NCBI GenBank assembly: GCA_030699345.1
Contig: JAUYMX010000301.1
Span: 1 to 40,129, forward strand
Direction of reading: 5' to 3'
DNA length: 40,129 nt
Source: Methylococcaceae bacterium
GTDB taxonomy: Bacteria; Pseudomonadota; Gammaproteobacteria; Methylococcales; Methylomonadaceae
Each line of letters starts with the position of its first letter. Positions within the stretch are counted from its first letter, which is position 1. The notes under the pieces were generated by a model, which was given only the letters and a program-made list of their open reading frames with translations, did no database searches and was not told the DNA's origin. This document shows positions 20,421 to 27,044 of the stretch, piece after piece. The translations under genes and the position numbers were made by a program.

Positions 20421-20634
20421 GTGGCAAAAGCCAAACCTATCGTGAGGTAGGGACGGAAAACTTCGGGTCTTTATCGATGAAAAAGATCGATTAAAAAGGA
20501 GAGCCTCGAAAACCCTGCACTTCGATAAACTCAGTGCGAACGGTGTCTTATAAATAAGTTCCGTTCGTGGTGAGCTTGTCGAACCATGAACGGAGTGGGT
20601 TTTTCGAGGTTTCCAAAGATAGCCGGGTTGCCAC
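20421..20634 (+). ncRNA. GEMM-I (c-di-GMP-I)-like riboswitch aptamer, copy 1, interrupted by a 106-bp MITE
   Basis: The 5' half is GUGGCAAAAGCCAAACC-UAUC-GUGA-GGUA-GGGACGGAAAACUUCGGGUCUUU. The 3' half, AAAGAUAGCCGGGUUGCCAC, resumes only after the MITE. GUGGCAA (20421-27) pairs perfectly with UUGCCAC (20628-34). The aptamer ends 23 nt before the ATG at 20658. Confidence 0.55.
20504..20609 (+). mobile_element. MITE-like element, copy A, with terminal inverted repeats CCTCGAAAACCC / GGGTTTTTCGAGG
   Basis: 106 bp with 12-13-bp terminal inverted repeats and an internal palindrome CCGTTCGTGGTGAGCTTGTCGAACCATGAACGG. A collinear copy in the opposite orientation lies at about 7982-8244. Confidence 0.65.
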
Positions 20635-20657
20635 CTTATTAACGTAAGGACTTATTA

Positions 20658-21251
20658 ATGCAAGGAAATAACTGTATCAAATGTGGCTTGGTCTTGATGT
20701 TGCTATCAGTCGTCAATACTGGCAACGCTTCAAGTAAGGCATTTAACGAATCATCGTTTTTAATTGTTAATGAAAGCGTTGCTATTGATAGGTTTCAGTC
20801 CGGCTTTAATGCCGCAAATCAATTAAAGGCATCGTTAAGCTCGACAACCGGAAGCAGTATTTCAGCTGTGACGGGCAGTAAAAATGCATGGGCGATCCAA
20901 ACGAATTTATGGCTGCTTAACGCTAATAAACCGGCTGGTAATCCGCAAGCACTCATTGAACCCTTTGCCAATAGCGCCTTAGCTTTTAACACAGGATCGA
21001 CTTGGGATGCGATGGGTGAAAAGCAATGGCTGGCAGATTGGAGCGTTAGCGTCAGCAACATTATTAATACCTTAAGTGTTAGTGCGGTTACGGTGTCGGT
21101 TATTTCAATGCTTGGTTCATCAGAGATTCTCGCGGCTGTAGCTACTATCTCAGCTGTTCCGTTATCAACTTTAGTTTGGGTATTTCTTACCGGTTTAATG
21201 ATCTTGCTCGCCACTCGCCGCAAACATGCGGTGTTAGGGATAGTGGCGTAA
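20658..21251 (+). CDS. Secreted protein with a PEP-CTERM-class C-terminal sorting signal (degenerate VPL variant)
   Basis: N-terminal signal peptide. The C-terminus ISAVPLSTLVWVFLTGLMILLATRRKHAV has a short motif, a hydrophobic helix and a basic cluster, which is the architecture of exosortase substrates. Confidence 0.6.
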   Translation: MQGNNCIKCGLVLMLLSVVNTGNASSKAFNESSFLIVNESVAIDRFQSGFNAANQLKASLSSTTGSSISAVTGSKNAWAIQTNLWLLNANKPAGNPQALIEPFANSALAFNTGSTWDAMGEKQWLADWSVSVSNIINTLSVSAVTVSVISMLGSSEILAAVATISAVPLSTLVWVFLTGLMILLATRRKHAVLGIVA

Positions 21252-21309
21252 TAACTGATTGGATTGTCTTGATGTATTCGAAATTGCTAACGAACTTCTT
21301 CAGGCAATG

Positions 21310-21386
21310 GTAGGGGCGGGCCTTGCCTGCGAACAATAAAATCTAAATTGCCGTATTGGATAATCGCGGGCAAGGCCCGCTCCTAC
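21310..21386. repeat. REP-like long palindrome (GTAGGGGCGGGCCTTGCC ... GGCAAGGCCCGCTCCTAC)
   Basis: Arms of about 20 bp in inverted orientation flank an AT-rich spacer of about 35 bp. Confidence 0.7.
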
Positions 21387-21439
21387 TGGGTTTTCAATAA
21401 GCATGAGTAGACCGCCAAGGATGAAATGACGGTTAGGAT

Positions 21440-21484
21440 GTAGGTGCGGATTTATCCGCACTGGGCGAATAAATTCGCCCCTAC
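21440..21484. repeat. REP-like palindrome pair (GTAGGTGCGGATTTATCCGCAC / GGGCGAATAAATTCGCCCCTAC)
   Basis: Same family and organisation as 8275-8319. Confidence 0.8.
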
Positions 21485-21596
21485 ATTATCGCCTTATTCG
21501 ACAGCACGCTTAGGCAGCTCGGCCTGCAACAGCGCAGGTTTGGGCTGGAATTATTAGGGCGAGCAGCGTCCGTCGTTGGTTAATGAAGATGCTGAT

Positions 21597-21639
21597 TATG
21601 TAATACATGTCATCAAACTGTAACCAAGCTGTCACCGAA
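21597..21639 (+). promoter_or_regulatory. Conserved leader box (copy 2) upstream of riboswitch-like copy 2
   Basis: ATGTAATACATGTCATCAAACTGTAACCAAGCTGTCACCGAAA parallels 20255-20297. A second shared box AAAAATGGT.CGGGGG.CG follows in both leaders (about 20364-20383 and 21783-21806). Confidence 0.3.
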
Positions 21640-21855
21640 ACAACACAACAACTCTGGAATAATTCGCACCAAGTTGAGGGCGGCTGAATAGGGTTATGAC
21701 TTAACGAATTGGATGTAACTAGGGAACAAGGATGGCACGAATAGGGAGTGGGCTTTGGAAGATAGTAGGGAGTAAGTCGGGGTAAAAAAAATGGTAGCGG
21801 GGGCGTAGGCGGCAGTGTTTATCTGTTAGATGGTGTCGGGCAGAATTATAAGTGT

Positions 21856-21937
21856 GTAAAAGCCAAACCTGTTGTGAGGCGGGGACGGAAAGTTACAGGT
21901 CTTGATAGATAACACTCAAGACGGCTGGGCCATCACC
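21856..21937 (+). ncRNA. GEMM-I (c-di-GMP-I)-like riboswitch aptamer, copy 2
   Basis: GUAAAAGCCAAACC-UGUU-GUGA-GGCG-GGGACGGAAAGUUACAGGUCUUGA-UAGAUAACAC-UCAAGACGGCUGGGCCAUCACC. It has a GNRA-capped first hairpin, an ACGGAAA junction and a 7-bp second stem with a GG bulge. It ends 47 nt before the ATG at 21985. Confidence 0.6.
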
Positions 21938-21984
21938 TTGTGTAAATAATACTTTTTATTTTTTAAACATAAGGCATTAAATCA

Positions 21985-22770
21985 ATGAAACAATTTTCTA
22001 AATCTTTATTAGCAGTTGCTTTGTTAGCGGCTACAACTGGCGCGGCTAACGCAAGTATTAATACTAGCAGCGCCACAGCCGCAGAAGCCTATCTGTCTGT
22101 CTATGATTCGAGTCAAAAATTAACTTTTACCCTGGATTTGGGGTTGGCTATGGGCGATCTGACTGACAATATCAGCAACGCTGACTTTAGCAGAACATAC
22201 GATTTATCTAGTAATGCAATGTGGAATTCTTTTTCCAGTAATTTGAACACAGCAACAACCGTTTATGGTGTTGTTGTTGGTTTTGGTACTAAGGTGTTGG
22301 CAACTGGTCCCGCTGTCAGTGTGCCCAAATTCAGTACGGTTGCAACTGCTTCAGGAGCTGCAACTGCTATCAAAAATCATGCATCTGCAATTAACAGCGG
22401 CGCAGGGGTTGATAATCCTGGCGTAGCTAATATCGTAGCCAACCAGTTGAGTTCATTAGTTGCCGATGGCGATACTGCAAATACTGGGCAACATAATCAA
22501 AATAACCCATTTAGCACTCTTTTTGGAACTAAAAGTGATGCTGCTGCCAATCTTATTTATGGCAAGGACTATCAAGATCTGGGCATAAATAATTTTTGGT
22601 TATACAACTCAAATGCAGGCACTCAAGCATTTGCAACTCAATGGAATTTGGTAGGCAGCGAACTAAGTTTAAAAGTAGCAGCAGTGCCATTGCCTGCTGC
22701 GGTTTGGATGTTTGGCGCCGGTTTGATGGGCGTATTAGGTCTTACTCGTCGTAAAAACGCTGCTGTTTAA
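21985..22770 (+). CDS. VPLPA-CTERM (PEP-CTERM class) sorting-domain protein
   Basis: Signal peptide MKQFSKSLLAVALLAATTGAANA. The C-terminus VAAVPLPAAVWMFGAGLMGVLGLTRRKNAAV is a textbook VPLPA-CTERM signal. Confidence 0.8.
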   Translation: MKQFSKSLLAVALLAATTGAANASINTSSATAAEAYLSVYDSSQKLTFTLDLGLAMGDLTDNISNADFSRTYDLSSNAMWNSFSSNLNTATTVYGVVVGFGTKVLATGPAVSVPKFSTVATASGAATAIKNHASAINSGAGVDNPGVANIVANQLSSLVADGDTANTGQHNQNNPFSTLFGTKSDAAANLIYGKDYQDLGINNFWLYNSNAGTQAFATQWNLVGSELSLKVAAVPLPAAVWMFGAGLMGVLGLTRRKNAAV

Positions 22771-22846
22771 GCGTTGAACTTAGGAGGGGTGTTTTAGCAT
22801 TCCCATTCCCTCCGCTTTATTTAACTGATTCCAAGTGAGAAATCCA

Positions 22847-24493
22847 ATGAAAAAATTAGTTTTAGGCGCAGCCATCGCTGCGGCGTTAACAGCCACGGCT
22901 GCTCAAGCGGCAATTTCCGTTGATGCCAATGGCGTGCCAGTTATTAACCCAGCTGATACCAACATTTTGTATTTATCTGGTGCTTCTGCCGCAGAAAAAT
23001 TCATCGAAAAAGTAATCACCGATACGTCAGTGCCTGCGGTTGATAAAATTTGCGACACTTCTAAAAAGATGTATAAGTTTCAAGATCCCGGTGCGATATC
23101 GCAATATGCCTATTTGTGCGAAAGAGCCACGACTAACCCTGCCGTACCTAGCAATAAAGCCAATATTCTGATCTATAAACGCAGTGCCGGTGGTTCTGCG
23201 TTTGGTGTTAGCCCAATTGTGGCTGAAGCTAATGGTAATACAGCGGCTGCAACGATTGAATTTTTGAAAATCAGCTCTGCATGTACAGTGACTACTCCTG
23301 CTCTCGCGGGTGCATTAACTAAAATTAGCTGCGCTTACGATCCTGCCGATGCAACTAAACATGTAGTGCATATTCCTGATTTCGGTATCTCTGACGTCGA
23401 TCCTGGTCAGTTCAGCGGTAACAATGCACCGATTGATTCGTCAACCGGCTCTCCTTATGAGAATGTAACGATTGATGATGTCGCGAAATTGACGGTAAAA
23501 AGTGCTTCTGCGCTGACCTTTGGCGTGCCTGTCACCAAAAACTTGTATTTTGCGTTGCAAGCGGCACAAAAATCCACAGGCGCAGTGCCTGCTACTTGTG
23601 TAGTGGGTGATGAAACTGAAGCCTGTATGCCTAGCTTGAGTTCTGCGCAAGTGGCTTCTATTCATGCTGGTGCCATTGTTAATTGGAACCAATTAAAAGT
23701 CGGTACGGTTGGTTTGTATGACTGGGTGAATACCCCTGCAAACGGCGCTAGCGCTTATGCACCAGGTGCGCCTTATTTGCATACTTGCCGTCGTGAAAAC
23801 GGTTCCGGTACGCAAGCCCAATCCAATATTAAGTTCTTAGCTGATCCTTGTACTGCAGCCGCCGCCGGAACTCAGCCAGCAGGTGATGTTGGTGCCCTGG
23901 GATTGGGTGAAGGTGAGGGCTATCCAATGATTCACGAAAACAACAGTTCAGGTAACGTGGATCTTTGTTTGAATGAATTGCAAGATGGTACTAACGCTCC
24001 AAATGCTTTTGAAAATACTTACGGTGTCCGTTGGGCAGTCGGTATTCAGTCATTGGAAAAATCAACAGCAGCAGCTACTAAATACCGCTTTGTTAAATTG
24101 GACGGTGTCGCACCTACTTTGGCTAATGTGGTTAAAGGTAAATACCGCGATTGGGCAGAAAACACTTTCCAATACGGCAACACGCATGTCTTTTCTAGTA
24201 ACAGCACTGAAAACACAGCCTTGAAAGCCTTGACTAATGCGATTATTAAATCATCTGGCGCACCAGAAGTAATGGCCGCGTTGAACAATGGCTTTTCTCA
24301 TACTTTTACAACTGCTAAAGGCGCTTATTTGGCAGTACCTACCAACTATGATCCACAACCAAATGGTGCTTTCTTGTCTACAAGACCGGTGAATCCATTC
24401 AGCCATGCAACGTCTGCTGTATCGGTTGATAACTGTCGCGTACCTTCCATTTATAACAATGGTGCAATCGGTTCAGGTGACACTGGCTTGTAA
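22847..24493 (+). CDS. Secreted protein with a PstS-like (type 2 periplasmic binding fold) region
   Basis: Signal peptide MKKLVLGAAIAAALTATAAQA (the ATG at 22847 is preferred over the GTG at 22835). Segments LYLSGASAAEKFIEKV, GISDVDPGQF and RRENGSGTQAQ resemble the PstS/PBP_like_2 pattern (G.Sa...l...., R...SGT). There is no C-terminal sorting signal. The assignment is weak. Confidence 0.35.
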   Translation: MKKLVLGAAIAAALTATAAQAAISVDANGVPVINPADTNILYLSGASAAEKFIEKVITDTSVPAVDKICDTSKKMYKFQDPGAISQYAYLCERATTNPAVPSNKANILIYKRSAGGSAFGVSPIVAEANGNTAAATIEFLKISSACTVTTPALAGALTKISCAYDPADATKHVVHIPDFGISDVDPGQFSGNNAPIDSSTGSPYENVTIDDVAKLTVKSASALTFGVPVTKNLYFALQAAQKSTGAVPATCVVGDETEACMPSLSSAQVASIHAGAIVNWNQLKVGTVGLYDWVNTPANGASAYAPGAPYLHTCRRENGSGTQAQSNIKFLADPCTAAAAGTQPAGDVGALGLGEGEGYPMIHENNSSGNVDLCLNELQDGTNAPNAFENTYGVRWAVGIQSLEKSTAAATKYRFVKLDGVAPTLANVVKGKYRDWAENTFQYGNTHVFSSNSTENTALKALTNAIIKSSGAPEVMAALNNGFSHTFTTAKGAYLAVPTNYDPQPNGAFLSTRPVNPFSHATSAVSVDNCRVPSIYNNGAIGSGDTGL

Positions 24494-24547
24494 GTTTAGC
24501 TAAGCCGGGGCAATCCCGGTTTGAGTCAAGGATGACTCAAAATGAAT

Positions 24548-24579
24548 AAAACCAGCCGTTTTAGGACGGCTGGTTTTCT
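24548..24579 (+). terminator. Rho-independent terminator after the PstS-like gene
   Basis: AAAACCAGCCGT-TTTAGG-ACGGCTGGTTTTCT: an 8-bp GC-rich stem extended by A/T pairs, followed by a T-run. Confidence 0.8.
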
Positions 24580-24599
24580 GCGTTGGAGCTAAGCAAGAT

Positions 24600-24704
24600 G
24601 TAGGTGCGAATTTATTCGCACTAAGCAAGGACGTAGGGTGGATAAGCGCAGCGCATCCACCGATAGACTACGACTTGTGGATGCGCTGCGCTTATCCACC
24701 CTAC
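24600..24704. repeat. BIME-like REP cluster
   Basis: GTAGGTGCGAATTTATTCGCAC comes first. It is followed by GTAGGGTGGATAAGCGCAGCGCATCCACC and its inverted copy GGTGGATGCGCTGCGCTTATCCACCCTAC, forming arms of about 29 bp. Confidence 0.85.
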
Positions 24705-24861
24705 AACTGGTCTCTGTGCTCAGGCCGGTAATTGTTAATGCAACCGGCAATAAATAAGCGAACGTAACCCCGTTGTCACAATAGCTTAACGTAAGCTCAA
24801 TAAAATGACGGACTAGCGGTTTTCAAAGGGAAAACCGGCACACACAGACAAAATAGATGTC

Positions 24862-26526
24862 ATGCAGTTAAAAAGAATTAAGACGGGCCTGCCTTTAATT
24901 TGGCTGGTCTGCTGTGCTTTTACAGTGGTGGGTAATGCGTTCGCCGAACAGGCTGCGCAGTCTGCCCCAGCTAATGTAGAAGCTGCACAAGATGCTTCGG
25001 CTGAACAGCAAGCTGCGCCCGAGCAACCGGCTACTTTCGATTTGTTGGAATTACGAGTCAAGGGCAATAACCTGATCGACAAAAAACAGTTGGAGCGGAC
25101 TATTTATCCATTTTTGGGGCTAAAGAAAAGCGTCGACAATGTTGAGGCTGCGCGTGCGACATTAGAAGAGCTCTATAAGACACAAGGCTATCAAACCGTT
25201 TCCGTGGATATTCCTGAACAGGATGTTAAAAACGGCATCGTTTATTTACAGGTAGTCGAAGGCAAAATTTCTAAATTACGAGTGAAAGATGCCCGTTATT
25301 TCTCGCTGGGCAAAATCAAGGCGGCCGTGCCGGAGTTGGCGGAAGGTAATGTGCCTAACTTCCCGAAAATGCAGAAACAATTGGCAGAACTGGGCATTGA
25401 GAGCCCAGATCGGCAAATTCAGCCGGTATTGCGGGCAGGGGACACGCCAGGAACGCTGGAAGTTGATTTAAAGGTCAAAGACGAATTGCCATTGCATGGC
25501 AAGGTTGAACTCAACGGCCGTAATACCTCGACGACCAGTCGTTTGCGTTTGGTGTCGTCATTACGTTACGAAAATCTCTGGCAGGCCATGCACAGTGCTT
25601 CGTTGATGTACCAGGTTTCACCGGAAAACAGCGCTGAAGTTGATGTTTGGGCGGGGACTTATGCCTTGCCGTTGTTTAGTAGCGATGCACGACTGGCATT
25701 TTATGGGGTGAGTTCATCGTCAAGTGCCCAGATTGCCAGTGCCGGGGCATTGTCGGTGATTGGTATCGGTAATATTTATGGACTTAGATTAGTGAAGCCG
25801 TTGACGCCGATAAATGACTATTTTCACAGCGCTACCTTGGGTGTCGATTACAAAGACTTTCAAGAAGACGTCAACCTGATCGGTGCCGACAATATCAAAA
25901 CCCCCATCAGCTATTTACCGTTCATGGCTCAGTACAGCGGCAGTTTACGGACTAAAGAGTCAGAAACGACATTCGATGTAGGCGCACATTTTTCGTTCCG
26001 TGGACTGCTGAACGATCAAAAGCAATTCGAAGATAAACGCTTTCTGGCCAAAGCCAATTATTTGTACCTGACCGGCGATCTTAGGTTTCAGCATGAATTG
26101 CCGTTTGGCATGGAAGCGGTCAGCCGTGTTGCCGGGCAGGTTTCTGATACGCCGCTAATCAGTAATGAACAATTTTCGATGGGTGGCGCTGAAAGTGTGC
26201 GTGGGTATTTTGAAACACAGTCATTAGCTGATGATGCCTTGTTCGGTTCTTTAGAGCTGCATTCGCCGCATTTAGGTGCCGCTGATTGGGATTATCTTAA
26301 TAATTTGAAATTGTTAACGTTTGTGGACGTGGCTAAAGGCTGGGTTAAAAACCCGCTGCCGGGTAATTCTTCAGGCGATTTTATTAGTAGCGCGGGGATA
26401 GGGATGAACTTTCAGATGTGGAAACATCTGAGTGGTGTATTGAATGTCGGGTTTCCTTTTAACGCATTAGGCCCGGTAAAAAGCGGCGATCCCCGACTGC
26501 ATTTTAATATTGCTACTGATTTTTAA
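24862..26526 (+). CDS. TpsB outer-membrane transporter (ShlB/FhaC/HecB family) of a two-partner secretion system
   Basis: 554 aa with a signal peptide. The POTRA-like region is FDLLELRVKGNNLIDKKQLERTIYPFLG...YKTQGYQTVSVDIPEQDVKNGIVYLQVVEGKISKLRV. The C-terminal beta-barrel region ends in F. A TpsA gene follows. Confidence 0.8.
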   Translation: MQLKRIKTGLPLIWLVCCAFTVVGNAFAEQAAQSAPANVEAAQDASAEQQAAPEQPATFDLLELRVKGNNLIDKKQLERTIYPFLGLKKSVDNVEAARATLEELYKTQGYQTVSVDIPEQDVKNGIVYLQVVEGKISKLRVKDARYFSLGKIKAAVPELAEGNVPNFPKMQKQLAELGIESPDRQIQPVLRAGDTPGTLEVDLKVKDELPLHGKVELNGRNTSTTSRLRLVSSLRYENLWQAMHSASLMYQVSPENSAEVDVWAGTYALPLFSSDARLAFYGVSSSSSAQIASAGALSVIGIGNIYGLRLVKPLTPINDYFHSATLGVDYKDFQEDVNLIGADNIKTPISYLPFMAQYSGSLRTKESETTFDVGAHFSFRGLLNDQKQFEDKRFLAKANYLYLTGDLRFQHELPFGMEAVSRVAGQVSDTPLISNEQFSMGGAESVRGYFETQSLADDALFGSLELHSPHLGAADWDYLNNLKLLTFVDVAKGWVKNPLPGNSSGDFISSAGIGMNFQMWKHLSGVLNVGFPFNALGPVKSGDPRLHFNIATDF

Positions 26527-26589
26527 GTTTGAAAGGCCCGCTTCTACGGGCTGGATAAAGATTTTTGGTAACTATTCAGTTTCTTGATT

Positions 26590-26912
26590 GAGCTGTCATG
26601 CGTAAATGCGGTGGATGCGCGTTGCTTATCCACCCTACACAATAGACGCATGGCTTTAGTCAGGTTAAAGACTGAATTGAGCCGTCATGCGTAGGCTGGA
26701 TAAGCGCTAGCGCATCCGGCAAATGCGGTGGATGTGCGTTGCTTATCCACCCTACACAATAAACGCATGGCTTCAGTCAGGTTAAAGACTGAATCGAGCC
26801 GTCATGTGTAGGCTGGATAAGCGCTAGCACATCCGGCAAATGCGGTGGATGCGCGTTGCTTATCCACCCTACACAATAAACGCATGGCTTCAGTCAGGTT
26901 AAAGACTGAATA
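26590..26912 (+). repeat. Tandem array of REP-pair units (one 89-bp unit plus two 117-bp units)
   Basis: The unit is GAGCCGTCATGCGTAGGCTGGATAAGCGCTAGCGCATCCGGCAAATGCGGTGGATGCGCGTTGCTTATCCACCCTACACAATAAACGCATGGCTTCAGTCAGGTTAAAGACTGAAT. Units start at 26590 (lacking one REP arm), 26679 and 26796. Confidence 0.9.
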
Positions 26913-26933
26913 GTTACAGATTTTTATTGTGTT

Positions 26934-27004
26934 AATGCTAAACCCGTTGCGAGGCGGGGACAGAAAACCGCGGATCTTGCTGAGCAAGACGGCCGGGTTG
27001 CAAC
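26934..27004 (+). ncRNA. GEMM-I (c-di-GMP-I)-like riboswitch aptamer, copy 3
   Basis: AAUGCUAAACC-CGUU-GCGA-GGCG-GGGACAGAAAACCGCGGAUCUUGC-UGA-GCAAGACGGCCGGGUUGCAAC. The 3' GACGGCCGGGUUGC resembles the conserved 3' box of GEMM-I as I recall it. It ends 40 nt before the tpsA ATG at 27045. Confidence 0.6.
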
Positions 27005-27044
27005 TAACTAAAGCGTGTTAATTATTTTTGGTAAAGGTAACCCC

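Noticed and set aside
26590-26912. Regularly spaced repeats that could be mistaken for a CRISPR array
   Set aside because: The 117-bp units are contiguous, with no unique spacers. Each unit is itself a pair of GTAGG-headed palindromes, and the same unit occurs singly and inverted at 37256-37360. It is a REP/BIME tandem array, not CRISPR.
26915-26940. A sigma70 promoter (TTACAG ... TAATGC/GTTAAT) immediately upstream of riboswitch-like copy 3
   Set aside because: The spacing between the candidate -35 and any -10-like hexamer is only 11-13 nt, too short for a standard promoter. I cannot place the tpsA promoter from sequence alone.
27015-27044. The GTG at 27015 as the tpsA start (as in the ORF track)
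   Set aside because: It would lie only 11 nt after the 3' end of the riboswitch-like aptamer and adds MLIIFGKGNP with no function. The ATG at 27045 gives a more plausible start, although no strong RBS is evident for either.
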